From contig CAVPXM010000041.1 of NCBI GenBank assembly GCA_963709405.1, forward strand, positions 1-31,808: a DNA stretch of 31,808 nucleotides, read 5' to 3'. Positions 8,580-19,773 of the stretch are shown here, piece by piece. Each line of letters opens with the position of its first letter. Within the stretch, counting starts at the first letter, position 1. The translations under genes and the position numbers were made by a program. Under the pieces are notes generated by a model. That model ran no database searches, was not told where the DNA came from, and saw only the letters and a program-made list of their open reading frames with translations. Source of the stretch: an uncultured Nitrososphaerales archaeon. Lineage in GTDB: Archaea > Thermoproteota > Nitrososphaeria > Nitrososphaerales > Nitrososphaeraceae.

Positions 8580-11198
8580 ATGGAGTTATGTAAAATGGCT
8601 ACTCCAATAATATACCTTGTACCCCATACACATTATGATGCAATATGGGTATTCAATAAGGAAGATTATTACTATATCAACATCGAATTTATTTTGAAGC
8701 AGGCTGTGCAGCTAATGAAGACCACAGATTACAAGTTCCTGATTGAACAAACTTTCCTTTTAGAGCACATCGAAAATGCATATCCAGAACTCTTTGCAGA
8801 TATAAGGGCTTTAGCAAGAGAGAACAAAATTGAGGTAGCTGGAGGGCAGTACCTATTATCAGATGTAATGCTGCCAAATGGAGAAGTTTTGATAAGGGAG
8901 ATAACAGTGGGAAAAAAATATGTCAAGGAAAAACTATATCAGGACGTTCATGTTGCATGGGGGTCTGATGAATTTGGATTTAATGCACAATGGCCACAGA
9001 TTCTGCTAGGTTGTGGATACAAATATTTTGCATTTAGGAGAGGCTTGGATAAACCCAAACCCTCGGAATTTTTATGGGAAGGACTAGACGGATCTCGCAT
9101 ACTTTGTCATTGGATGCCTTTAGGATACAGAGCAGGCCTGGATCTAACAGAATTGGATAAATCGTATAATGAATTAAAAAAATTTGCGGCGTCTAATCAG
9201 ATTTTAATGCCTTCGGGTAGTGGAGTGACCCCTCCACAGCCAGAAACTTCTGATGTGGTGAAGAAATGGAATGAGTGTGCCCATCAAGATAATGTGAAGA
9301 TGATCATCGCAACACCTAAAGAATTTTTCAAATCATTAGAAAGAGAAAAAATTGACTTCCAAGTGAGGAAGGGTGAAATGTATTCAGGTAAATTGTCTGA
9401 AGTGTTCCCTGATTGTACCTCATCAAGAATGTGGATTAAACAACGGACAAAAAAATTTGAAACCTCTCTACTCACATTAGAAAGACTGGATGCTATTTGT
9501 AATTTGGAAGGATGTGCTATTCTAACGCCAGATCAGCTCAAAAGTTATTGGAAAAAAATTCTTTTTGTAGCCATGCATGATGCATTGCCAGGCACAGGAA
9601 TTGATGAGGTATATGAAGAAATCAGAGATATATTTGACGACGTAGAAAATACATTAAGCAAAACGATTTTGGCTTACATTGGTGAACTGGCGAAAGGTGT
9701 AAAGTGTGAATACGATTTGATTATTTTTAATCCACTTTCATGGGAGGTCAGAAATTGGTGTGAGTCTGATTTAGAATTTGATGAAGGTGTAATGAAAGGG
9801 ATCGTAGGTTTGAAATCGACAAATGATGATGCCGAGAATGATGAAGAAATAATTGATCTGGAGATTCTAGACCACTCTCTTCATTCTGATGGAAGTATTA
9901 AGACGATAAAAATAGGTTTTATTCCTACGGTACCTGCTTTAGGATTCTCCACGTATAAAATAATTAAAGATGGAAATTGGTCTAGGAGTGATTCTAGTAC
10001 TATTTATTCTTCAAGCGAGGTGGGTTTTAAGCATAAGATTGTTGATGATTTTGAAATACAAGTGGATCCTGATAATGCGATTGTTACCATGACCAAGAAT
10101 GGTAACGTACTTTTTAAAGGAAATGAACTGGGTGTAGAGGAAGAATTAGGCGATCTATATTATCACAGGGGAAATCTGGGCTTACTTAAATCGGAAACTG
10201 GAAAAGGAGTAAAATACGGTGCCTTTAAAGCAGACAATTTTAAAGTATCAAAAGGTAAGTTAAGATCCCATATTGTATTGGATAGTAATTATTATGCATT
10301 GCGTTGGCCATATAGATTGACCGATAAATTAAAACCAATATTATTTAGACATAATTACATCAAGATAAAGAAAGAAATAATTATATACAATGAATTGTCG
10401 CGTATCGACTTTATAACACACATACATGACCGTCATCCTCATTCCAGAATTAGAGTAAAGTTTGAGACACCGTTATCCGCTAATAACTATTGGTCAGGAA
10501 CTCAATTTGGTGCAATAAGAAGAAGGACTAATCAACATTATTCTAAGAAAGAGACTATGAAAATGAGTGAGAAGCCAACAGGAGTATTTCCTTCATTTGA
10601 ATGGATTGATTATTCTGATAGAGATCATGGAGTAAGTGTGTTACATCAAGGAATTCCCTCTCATGAAATTAGAGACCAATCAATTTATTTGACATTACTA
10701 CGGAGTGTAGTCGTACTCTCCTCAGATGGAATAATGGGACCATGTATACCAACTCCTGACGCGGCTGAAACAAGACCATACACATTCAGATATTCAGCAT
10801 TACCTCATGAAGGTGATTGGAAGCAGGCAGCAAGTTACCGGCATGGAATGGAAATTAATATGCCTTTAGTTTCGATTCAAGTCATGAATGACAAGATCGA
10901 AAATAAGGAATACAGGAAGAGGTATCATAGCAAATTTTCGCTTTTGGAAATTACACCCAAAAACATTCTCCTCAGCGCGCTTAAGATGAGTGAAGATAAG
11001 AATTCAATTATTGTTAGGTTTTATGAAACAGAAGGAAAAAGAACTGTTGCCAACTTAAAATTTGGAAAGATTATAAAATCGGCAGCTGTTACGGATCTAC
11101 TCGAAAATGAGATTAGAAAACTCAAACTGTTTAAGGATCATACCCTCCAAATAGGAGTTGATCCATATAGAATTATCACGTTAAAGTTGGAATTTTAG
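8580..11198 (+). CDS. Glycoside hydrolase family 38 alpha-mannosidase-like
   Basis: HTHYDAIW (Zn-binding HxD), GSDEFG (nucleophile region), EFLWEGLDGS, MHDALPG, LTLLRS, IVRFYETEG. Confidence 0.93.
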   Translation: MELCKMATPIIYLVPHTHYDAIWVFNKEDYYYINIEFILKQAVQLMKTTDYKFLIEQTFLLEHIENAYPELFADIRALARENKIEVAGGQYLLSDVMLPNGEVLIREITVGKKYVKEKLYQDVHVAWGSDEFGFNAQWPQILLGCGYKYFAFRRGLDKPKPSEFLWEGLDGSRILCHWMPLGYRAGLDLTELDKSYNELKKFAASNQILMPSGSGVTPPQPETSDVVKKWNECAHQDNVKMIIATPKEFFKSLEREKIDFQVRKGEMYSGKLSEVFPDCTSSRMWIKQRTKKFETSLLTLERLDAICNLEGCAILTPDQLKSYWKKILFVAMHDALPGTGIDEVYEEIRDIFDDVENTLSKTILAYIGELAKGVKCEYDLIIFNPLSWEVRNWCESDLEFDEGVMKGIVGLKSTNDDAENDEEIIDLEILDHSLHSDGSIKTIKIGFIPTVPALGFSTYKIIKDGNWSRSDSSTIYSSSEVGFKHKIVDDFEIQVDPDNAIVTMTKNGNVLFKGNELGVEEELGDLYYHRGNLGLLKSETGKGVKYGAFKADNFKVSKGKLRSHIVLDSNYYALRWPYRLTDKLKPILFRHNYIKIKKEIIIYNELSRIDFITHIHDRHPHSRIRVKFETPLSANNYWSGTQFGAIRRRTNQHYSKKETMKMSEKPTGVFPSFEWIDYSDRDHGVSVLHQGIPSHEIRDQSIYLTLLRSVVVLSSDGIMGPCIPTPDAAETRPYTFRYSALPHEGDWKQAASYRHGMEINMPLVSIQVMNDKIENKEYRKRYHSKFSLLEITPKNILLSALKMSEDKNSIIVRFYETEGKRTVANLKFGKIIKSAAVTDLLENEIRKLKLFKDHTLQIGVDPYRIITLKLEF

Positions 11199-11888
11199 TA
11201 TCTCTTCTTTACCTTTTTTGGCTTCCGCGACAACATGACCATCTGGATTGACCACAATGCTACCGCCAATACTCACTAAGCCATTATGTTTACCTACGGC
11301 GTCTGCCTTTGCGATATATATCTTATTTTCTAATGCTCTAACTATGGGGAATGCTTTGTTTTTTCTCTCTTTTTCTATTGCCTCTTCTTTGCTATAATAA
11401 TGCGATGATAAATAGAATAAGATCTTGGCATGTCTTCTGTATCTCATTGCTAGCAAAGGATTGTTTTGGTCTCTACATATAAGTACTCCACATTTGATCC
11501 CATTTATTTCAAATACAAGCGTAGACTTGCCTCTAGCAAAATATTTTTTGTCATATTCTGTCAAGTTGTTCTTATAGTATGTTAATAAAGAGGTATTTGG
11601 TCTAATGATTAAAGCACTATTATAGATTCTATTATCGGAGCGCCAGGATGTACCAACCACCAGCGAAATACCGTATGAATTTGATGCTCGTTGCAACTCC
11701 CCGATCCCATTTCTTATCTGCTCCCATCTCACTTTACGATGGTCAACTATGTACCCAGAGAGAGCACACTCTGGAAAACATAAAAGATCTATTTTACTTC
11801 TTCGAGCATCGCGAATACGGCTTAATATCTTCGAGAGATTCTTGTTGATTTCTGATGTCAGTCGCATTTGTATGATTCCAATCCGCAT
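11181..11888 (-). CDS. Carbon-nitrogen hydrolase (nitrilase superfamily)
   Basis: Glu-Lys-Cys triad in FPECALSGY, YYKNNL, LICRD; RALEN; GGSIVVNPDG. Confidence 0.92.
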   Translation of the reverse strand: MRIGIIQMRLTSEINKNLSKILSRIRDARRSKIDLLCFPECALSGYIVDHRKVRWEQIRNGIGELQRASNSYGISLVVGTSWRSDNRIYNSALIIRPNTSLLTYYKNNLTEYDKKYFARGKSTLVFEINGIKCGVLICRDQNNPLLAMRYRRHAKILFYLSSHYYSKEEAIEKERKNKAFPIVRALENKIYIAKADAVGKHNGLVSIGGSIVVNPDGHVVAEAKKGKEEILKFQL

Positions 11889-12353
11889 ATTACTTAGACT
11901 ATTAATAATTTAGAAAACTCATCTAAAAACTATAGGATAATTATGCACTTACTTGCATGATTCACTCTAGTAACAAAATATCGCTTTTACAATTTATGTT
12001 GGTTAATACAATTCCTATAACTGAAAGTTTCAGTAACGTGTTCTACCATGCCTATTCAGCGTAAGATTTTTGATACAGAGACGACTTGGTATCAAAATTA
12101 CATCATCTTGAAGATTTGACCTTCAGGTGAGACCTTTATTATGCCAAAGATTCTTATACATAACAAGATGCTAGAAAAACCGCTGCGTTATGTCGAAATA
12201 TATCAAGTCACTAATCTGGTACAAAATTAAATGTATCATCTTTGTACAAACCTTGAACTGCAATACTCATATAAGATATTCTCCTTAAAAAAGATGCATT
12301 TATAGTAAAGTCTTTTTTTGGAAAGAATTATACATTATGTGGCTGGTTGGTAC

Positions 12354-12630
12354 TCAAGATCTTACCCTTTTATAAAATACCTTCCTTACTAGCCCCGCAG
12401 TAATAATATAGATTAATACGATTAGGCCTACTGTATATAAATAAAAAGGAGGAAGTGCTACAAATCCAAATATCTGTGCATGAGGAATAAATGAAAGAAT
12501 AATTGTAGCAGCAACAATAAGTAGAGTGGCGAATGATAAGTACTTGCTTGACTTGCTTTTAAATAATGGCATTCTTGTTCTAATAACTAGTACAACCACA
12601 GAGGCTGAAATAACAACCGACTCAATAAGA
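12354..12630 (-). pseudogene. mgtA: C-terminal remnant of Mg2+-transporting P-type ATPase (MgtA-like)
   Basis: ESVVISASVVVLVIRTRMPLFKSK..IPHAQIFGFVALP matches the last MgtA helices; the rest of the gene is absent. Confidence 0.72.
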
Positions 12631-12863
12631 AATGCCTCATCATCAGAAATTAATGGTATTTCAAATATATAAAATAATACAATTACCTCACTATTGTTAG
12701 GTCACTAGTACTGCAGTTGTATAACGTTTCCAAAGTTCCCCAGGTGCAACTAGGATTAATGATACCATTAATCTGATAAAGAAAGAGCACATTAATCATG
12801 TTGTTGTCATAAATTCACCTATGTTATTACTCTCGAAAGCAATGTTGAACATCTGACAAGTCG

Positions 12864-12903
12864 ATTGAGAGGCACTTGAGAATTAGAAATTGAGAGGCAC
12901 TTG
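12864..12903. repeat. 15-bp direct repeat ATTGAGAGGCACTTG x2
   Basis: Copies at 12864-12878 and 12889-12903. Confidence 0.85.
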
Positions 12904-12988
12904 TGATCCTTCATGACGTGCAACATAACGTAGCTTCAAATCGTCGCGCAATACTTGATATACTATTGACGAGATTGTTAGAGATGCA

Positions 12989-13462
12989 TTGATCGAAGAA
13001 AAAGGCTGCATAAAAATCCTTGTTGCAATAGATGGCTCAGAGGAATCAATGAGAAGCAGCTGATTACGCAATATTGCTGGCAAGCAAATATAGGGCTCGA
13101 TTGATAGCCCTACATGTAATAGATTTAGCTGAAACCTAACCTTGCAAATGATACATCTATATTTATAGCATCAACAATTTTTCCATTAGCAGAATTAGAA
13201 GCGGAAAGGAAAGAAGCTCGTCATTGGCTTTCTAATATTGACAATCTCGCCAAGGCACGACATATTCGGTTCGAATCAAAAATTATTGAAGACGTGGTCC
13301 CTAGAATAGGGGGGGCAATAGTAAGTTATGGTGAAAAGGAAAAAGTGGATTTAATCGTAGTAGGGTACTAGGGGTAGATTGGCATTCAAAAAAGTTCTAA
13401 TTGGAAGTGTTGCCTCTGATGTATTACATTACGCGCATTGTCCTGTGATGATAGTAAAATGA
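12989..13462 (+). pseudogene. Universal stress protein with three +1 frameshifts (possibly sequencing errors)
   Basis: Not in ORF track. KILVAIDGSEESMR/AADYAI..LIALHVID/..EKEKVDLIVVG/TRG..FKKVLIGSVASDVLHYAHCPVMIVK*; breaks near 13055, 13130, 13363. Confidence 0.88.
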
Positions 13463-13799
13463 ATTAGATACAATCATTACAAATCAACATTCTCATCTTA
13501 CTATGATTATGACACATCTTAGATAGTGAAAAACTTTTGATACGTGGTCCTGCAGAAAAAATTTTCGAGAAATCTTGATTCCATTGCTCTAAATCACTTT
13601 TGTTTTCATCTCCTATTTTTCTGCAGTGTATAATATTAGTTCTATAATAGATACCAAATTGGTATATATTTCAATCCATCTAGATAGAACTCCTGCTAAT
13701 CAATTCTTATTTTTAATATAGAACTAGAACTATATTAATTATTAAACAAACACCATATAATATTTCTCATAAATCATCTAAATGAACACCAACTTCTAG

Positions 13800-14251
13800 C
13801 GATACCTCACTGCGACAGACTCACCAGGATTTGGGTACAGTCTTTTGAACCTTGGATAGAATGGGTAAAGGTAATGGAGAAGGTGGTAACGAACGGCGAA
13901 GGCAGATAATTCTTCATTCCTTTAGAAGCATTGTAAAGATTACTCTATCTGATCTTGATTATGCAGATTACCCGGAGTATTTCATCGGACATTCTGGTTC
14001 TACATATTGGCGTAAGAAGGATTCAGAGAAAGTCGAAATATTCCGTAAAATTGAACCTTATCTAACATTTTTAAATGTTCATCAGCTAGAAAGACAGGGC
14101 GGTGACATACAAACCAACGTAGAGGAATTGGAAGATCTAAATCAATCTTTAAGACAACGTAATAAAGTAAAAGACGATGCAATCGCACAATATCCGATCA
14201 GATTGTTGCTCTGACAGCAAGGTTATAGAGATCGAAAGAAGACAAGTGTAA
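13800..14251 (+). pseudogene. C-terminal fragment of tyrosine recombinase/integrase
   Basis: LHSFR (HxxR), IGHSGSTYW (His and catalytic Tyr), then a coiled-coil tail; the N-terminal part is missing. Confidence 0.85.
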
Positions 14252-14320
14252 TATCTTCACTTAAATCGGCTGACGCAATTGTACTGATTCATGCCAAGAT
14301 TTGAATCATAGTAATACTTC

Positions 14321-14972
14321 TTACACTCCATTTGTATTTCTAGAAACTCTCGTTGGTAGATTCCAGTTATATTTAATCGTGGCTATACGGAAAGAGGTGA
14401 TAACAATGATTCCTATGATTGTTGAAATTATTATGTTAACTCCCAAGTAAAGCAAAATGAAGAACAACAAGACTCCGACGAAACTCACAGATACGTATAG
14501 TTCCTTCCTGAGAACCAAAGGGATTTCACTTACCAACATATCACGTATAATACCGCCACCAACGGCAGTAATAACTCCAGCGAACATCATAATGACGAGG
14601 TTAAGGCCAAACATGCTGAAGGCAATGCTGGCACCAAGTAGACTAAAAATTCCTAGACCAAATGCATCGAAAGTCAAAAATAGTCTCATTAGATTTTTTA
14701 CATAACGATAAAGAAAGAGAATACCGATCCCGGTGATCGATGTTATTATTATATACAAAGGATCGACTAAGGCTGATGGCGGGGTTCGTCCTATGACTAC
14801 ATCTCTAATGATGCCCCCAGCTAATCCAGCAGTGCCAGATAGGACAACAACTCCCACTATGTCTCAGCTTATGTTCGATGGCTTTCAGGGCACCAGTAAC
14901 TGCAAATATCATGGTTCCAAAAAGATCCAAGAAGTGGATTGGAATTGAGGATAGAATAGCACTATCTAGCAA
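14321..14972 (-). CDS. TRIC (trimeric intracellular cation channel)/UPF0126 family membrane protein; +1 frameshift near 14864
   Basis: FLDLFGTMIFAVTGALKA/D..GVVVL..GLAGGIIRDV; FDAFGLG; TAVGGGIIRDML..EIPLVL..ELY. Confidence 0.88.
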
Positions 14973-15368
14973 TATTGATCGAAAGTTAATAGACTTTGGG
15001 TCTACATATAATTGATCGATATATAATTATTATGAATAAATAGATAATAAATCTATGAATTCAACAAGCATTATTCAGTATAAATGATCTATGTTAAATC
15101 CTCAATCCTGTATGCAAGTCGAGGTGTCGGTGCAAAATATAGTTCCATACATTAAAGACTTGGAATGCTTCGTGTGCTCTTGAGAAGGATGGCTCAATTC
15201 CTTCCTCAAGTGTAACTCTCAATACTAGCCTGAAATAAGTATGGCACTTCATGAATAGAATGAAATCAGGAAGTGTTGCTCTGACGAGATCTTGAAATAA
15301 GACTAGTAGATAATAGGAGAATCAATATTATAATTCTCCCCTGTTACATGCGTTTCTTCCACTGTCAT

Positions 15369-16019
15369 TTAGCGGGGTTGATTTATAACTGATTCTAATC
15401 TTATCTTTTTTAGATATATATTCCTCTTTTCCGATTCTTGCTTTTCACACTCTAACCTTTGATATTCAGTAGCATTACGAAGATAAATTATATCACCACT
15501 AAGTTTCAAGATAGTTGCCTCTGCATCTCGTTTCTTCAGATTAAGATTCACCACCTCTCTATGTAGATTTTTATACATTTCTTCAACTTGGGGTAGTTCA
15601 TTATTTGCAATTTCGAGAAGTCTTATAACATGCTTTAGATCCATACCTGCAGCTTTGATTAATCTGTAGAGTTCTAAGAATGTCTGGATATCACTTTTAG
15701 TCTTTTCATAAACCTGATGAAGCCCATATAGTTGTTCCAAGTTCCAATACTGTCTATACAACTCATGCACTTCAGGCTCCTTTAGTCCTAATTTGATAGC
15801 CACTTGTATTGGAGATTTGCCTTCTGAAAATAGCTGATAGGCTTGAGATGAATCAGACAATGATTGCTCTGTTCCAGACTTTTTCAGAATAGGCCCGATA
15901 TCGCGTAGAGATATTCGTGCTTCCTTCGCTATTTCAGCGTAAGTCTTTCCTTCAATATAATAAAGATCTAAAACTAGTTTTTCTTTTTCTTCTCTTGTTA
16001 AACCCATCATGTTTCTCAT
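15369..16019 (-). CDS. HTH plus coiled-coil hypothetical protein of a type I associate with integrase loci; likely C-terminally truncated
   Basis: KEKLVLDLYY.EGKTYAEIAKEARISLRDI (HTH); SQAYQLFSEGKSPIQVAIKL (second HTH); ATG at 16019 or 16010. Confidence 0.7.
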   Translation of the reverse strand: MRNMMGLTREEKEKLVLDLYYIEGKTYAEIAKEARISLRDIGPILKKSGTEQSLSDSSQAYQLFSEGKSPIQVAIKLGLKEPEVHELYRQYWNLEQLYGLHQVYEKTKSDIQTFLELYRLIKAAGMDLKHVIRLLEIANNELPQVEEMYKNLHREVVNLNLKKRDAEATILKLSGDIIYLRNATEYQRLECEKQESEKRNIYLKKIRLESVINQPR

Positions 16020-16266
16020 ATCTAATAGTTTGATAATGTCTCTTCTATAATGGTCAGATAGATTAATCTCTACTCTCAATGATTGAATGTAATTTCCTAT
16101 TGTGAGTGCATTTTCTTCTGATATCTTGTGAAGTACCCTTGGAAAATTCAGGTTGTAGACCTGATATAATATCTTCTATTTTTCGTTCTAAAATAATACC
16201 ATGACTGAATTCACTGTTGATCCTAACGAGTTTTCCTTTACCTGTTGCGGTAATAGTAGTCTTCAA
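16020..16266 (-). pseudogene. N-terminal fragment of an integrase, in frame with the downstream HTH gene
   Basis: After removing one G near 16137: LERKIEDIISGLQPEFSKVLHKISEENALTIGNYIQSLRVEINLSDHYRRDIIKLL, which resembles thaumarchaeal integrase N-termini (recalled, not searched). Confidence 0.6.
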
Positions 16267-16348
16267 TTATTAAGCATTATAGCATTTAGTCCGGCATATA
16301 AGTTAGTATTATATATGTACTAACACATATATAAGTTACTTAATTAAA

Positions 16349-17227
16349 TTGGGAAAATCAGTTATAGTGACTGGAGCTTCTAGTGGTATTGGTAAAGAGA
16401 CTGTCATCAAGTTGCTTGAATCAGGGTACCAAGTTTTTGGACTAGCGCGAAGATATGATAAGCTTGCCGTTGAATCTGCAAGAATTTTGAATGAAATACA
16501 ATCCAAAAGAAGTGGAAAAGAACTCTATATACCCATAGAGTTTGACATTACCAAACCAGAAATATTTAATGATGTCATTAGTAAAATCACTTCAAATGCC
16601 GGAGATAATGCAATCTATGGCCTTGTAAATAATGCAGGCTACCTTGAACCTGCAGCATTAGAAGATATAACTATGGATAACTTAAGAAACCAATTTGAAA
16701 CCAATTTCTTCGGTCATGTAGACATTACGAAAAGAGTATTATCAATTATGATGATGCAAAGAAGTGAAATAGGGGGTAGAATTATAAATATAAGCTCACT
16801 TGCTGGATTGATATCGTTTCCTTTGATTGGAGCTTATGCAGCTTCAAAACATGCATTAGAAGCAATGTCTGACGCTCTTAGAATGGAGCTTTGGAATACA
16901 AGTATCAAAGTCATAACTATCAACCCTGGAGTTATCAATACTAGTATTTATGATACTTTGAGACCAAAGATAGATGATATACTAAATAAGAATAATAAAA
17001 CAAGATTTATCTTAGCATATAACAAGTATTTCCCAAAAAGCAATTATTACACAGGATTAAACCCAATTGCAGTTGCAAATGTTATTCATAAGGCCATTTC
17101 TTTACCAAATCCAAGTCAAAGATATATTATCGGATCTACAAAAGAGAGATGTGCAGTTAGGTTGCTGCTGCTCATCCCTGATAGATTGTTTTATTCTTTA
17201 GTTGCTAAAAGGATACATTCCAAATGA
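16349..17227 (+). CDS. Short-chain dehydrogenase/reductase
   Basis: TGASSGIG, NNAG, NISS, YAASK, INPG. Confidence 0.95.
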   Translation: MGKSVIVTGASSGIGKETVIKLLESGYQVFGLARRYDKLAVESARILNEIQSKRSGKELYIPIEFDITKPEIFNDVISKITSNAGDNAIYGLVNNAGYLEPAALEDITMDNLRNQFETNFFGHVDITKRVLSIMMMQRSEIGGRIINISSLAGLISFPLIGAYAASKHALEAMSDALRMELWNTSIKVITINPGVINTSIYDTLRPKIDDILNKNNKTRFILAYNKYFPKSNYYTGLNPIAVANVIHKAISLPNPSQRYIIGSTKERCAVRLLLLIPDRLFYSLVAKRIHSK

Positions 17228-17346
17228 TGATTCCTCCTAGACCATACTGGTAGTCGATTTATTTCTAACTACAATAACAATGTACTATCTAGAGAATAAA
17301 TAACTGAGTTAAATATATTCCCGGTTTCTTTAACTTCCTTTTTCAT

Positions 17347-17700
17347 ATGATCGCAATAGCCAAAAACGATCCAGAATTAAAAAAGGAATTGGATGAGCTA
17401 TTAGAAAAACGAATGCAGAATATTAAAGATTATGAACAGGAAATATCAAATAAGTTTACTATTGGTAACCAGAGGCATTTAAATGAACCAGGCAAAACTC
17501 TTACCAACGACCATATAGTGGTAAACTGTGAACCTAACACGTATATCAATACTAATGACAAGGGTGTGATCAAAATGGAAAACGGCATAATATTAATTGG
17601 AAATGAACGTATCAAGATCCATCATCCTAATACTGCAGTAGCTGCAGTTGCAGATAGTACCAGCATAAAAAGATTAAAAAATGTGCTTTTACGCAATTAA
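17347..17700 (+). CDS. Hypothetical protein
   Basis: 117-aa ATG ORF with TTAAATA at 17309-17315; no recognised motif. Confidence 0.5.
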   Translation: MIAIAKNDPELKKELDELLEKRMQNIKDYEQEISNKFTIGNQRHLNEPGKTLTNDHIVVNCEPNTYINTNDKGVIKMENGIILIGNERIKIHHPNTAVAAVADSTSIKRLKNVLLRN

Positions 17701-17726
17701 TACCATTAAAGACCAATCATCAATGA

Positions 17727-18713
17727 CTAAAATGCAGTAGGAGATTTTATTTCCCTAACGCTCAGGTTCTTAAAATCCCATATTATATTATCTGTTCTAA
17801 ATGTCACAAAGTCTCCAGGATTTGTAATCACATAGTCTTTCGGTTTGCCGCAACCAGCACTAAAGAAGGTAATGTCATCGGTATTTGCATACCATCCGCC
17901 GTTGTCGACAAAGCTAGCTACTTTTCTCCATTGATTGTTATTTTTATCATCTAGATATGATTCCATTTTTACCGCAGTATCCTTATCGATATTGTAAATG
18001 ACCACTTTCCATCCAATCCACCTGCCTAATAGCGGCTTTGTTACATGATTAAGGGCTCTTTCATCAGTATATCCACCGGTGAACCAGATGCTCTTTTTCC
18101 ATCCCACACTTCCATCGGTGTGGATGCCCCCAATTAACGCTGTACCCTCACAGGGTGTTTCACTATTGTGCCTCCCACTTCTCGCATACCATGCAATGTC
18201 ATTCAGAGTTTGACTATAATCTTGATTTGCTGAATTATTTTTATTACTGTCACCATTATTCTTCGATGCGTTCACAGATATTACTTTAGCATATCCAGTA
18301 ATCTCTACATTCTTCCACGGTTGCATTCCTGTCGGAGTCTCAACATTCATTCTGACCTTGGGATTTGTAATCTGCCAAGAACCATCTTTCTCCTTATTGA
18401 TTGGTGCATCAAACGTGAAAGCAAGCAATGTATCATTCTTAGGATTGGTCATGTTAACATACCATTCTCTGCCGAGTTGTTTAGTGGGATAAATTTCTCT
18501 TACACCAAATTTATCCACCATTGTAGCTTCGCTAGCGCTATTGTTTGATGAGTGCAGGGAAGGTGATGACAGTTTTCCGTCTGCTAAGGCAAATAGTACA
18601 TTCGACGACGGAAATGATAATAAATGTGATGGCCGATCCAGATATAGTAGCACTGAGACCGTAATTAATGACGTAATAATAGAAATCATGACAATAGTAA
18701 TTGTGATGTGCAT
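17727..18713 (-). CDS. Secreted/anchored Trp-rich beta-sheet protein (possibly carbohydrate-binding or lyase-like)
   Basis: N-terminal TM, Ser-rich linker, DKFGVREIYPTK..EWY, WKNVEITGY, ARSGRH, RWIGWK, DNGGW, FKNLSVREI. Confidence 0.8.
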   Translation of the reverse strand: MHITITIVMISIITSLITVSVLLYLDRPSHLLSFPSSNVLFALADGKLSSPSLHSSNNSASEATMVDKFGVREIYPTKQLGREWYVNMTNPKNDTLLAFTFDAPINKEKDGSWQITNPKVRMNVETPTGMQPWKNVEITGYAKVISVNASKNNGDSNKNNSANQDYSQTLNDIAWYARSGRHNSETPCEGTALIGGIHTDGSVGWKKSIWFTGGYTDERALNHVTKPLLGRWIGWKVVIYNIDKDTAVKMESYLDDKNNNQWRKVASFVDNGGWYANTDDITFFSAGCGKPKDYVITNPGDFVTFRTDNIIWDFKNLSVREIKSPTAF

Positions 18714-19439
18714 AAATCATCTTTCCTCTTTGATTCTACCTAATATAAAAATTCTTGATAACTAAAAGTTCGTTTCAGTTCTGATTCTAGATTTTTGCCT
18801 CCATAGATACGCCTATCGACGTTTATTACCTTTTAGTATCTCAATTTTGCCTTAATTCATAATCAAAAATTGCATGAAAAAGTTGTAACTTACTGACGTG
18901 GAAATATGATAAGTCCAGATAATCAGACGAGCAGGAATCCTAGTGGCAGTAACCGATCTTAAATGTTATCTCAAAGCGTTAATAATATGGAGTCCATCCA
19001 ATAAGGAGTAATAGACACTCGTTCGTAACCAAGTATGCATAATGATTTAATGATGTTGGCTGTGACACTGCAAATATGAATATTGATTTCATAAGAGCAA
19101 AAGTGAATAGGTACTAAGGAGTATGATATGACTAATACCTTTGCTGTCTTGCAATTCATGAGTTCTGCAAGTAAATTCCATAATATCTTTAGCACATTGT
19201 CAGTACAGACAATACCTGACCTGACAGTAGTAGCTCAGTATAGTGTGCTACGATTTAAACGAAACTGGACGATAAGGCAAATTCATTCTCGTAAACAAGA
19301 ATCGCCTATATGTAAAAAATGGATAGGATCATAATTATTTCGATAGGTAGTAACCATTGGTTGTTACTGGGTGGATGAAAGTGGTATGAAAAAATGAATA
19401 ATTTAAGTGAGAAGCAAGTGTTGTAACGATATCTGCAAA

Positions 19440-19650
19440 TAAGGTTTCAATAAAAATACTGTATCAACAAAAGAATGACGGCTGGAATAACGGTAACGGC
19501 GAAAAATTTGCAGGATTATATACAGATGATAGTGACTATGTAGGTTTTGATGGCACTTATCTTCCTGACCCAAAGAAATAGCGTCGTTTCATCATATGCT
19601 TTTTGATAGATTTTTAAAAGTTAGCCGTCTTGTTGGTATGATCAAAGTAT
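19440..19650 (+). pseudogene. SgcJ/EcaC (NTF2-like) family remnant
   Basis: DGWNNGNGEKFAGLYTDDSDYVGFDGTYL/..KEIASFHHMLFDRFLK.SRLVG across frames. Confidence 0.7.
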
Positions 19651-19773
19651 TCGCATTGAGGACCTTCAAATTCGTATTCTATCCTTTTAATTCAACGTTT
19701 GTTTCGATTTCTTTCTGCGCTCATGTACCTGTGGTTAGGATCAGATTAAACACGATGCATTTCTTCATCCTTA

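Noticed and set aside
12068-12097. 9-bp inverted repeat TTTTGATAC/GTATCAAAA
   Set aside because: Isolated and AT-rich, with no clear link to a gene boundary.
12864-12903. Mini CRISPR array
   Set aside because: Only two 15-bp units with a 10-bp gap; no cas genes or array anywhere in the window.
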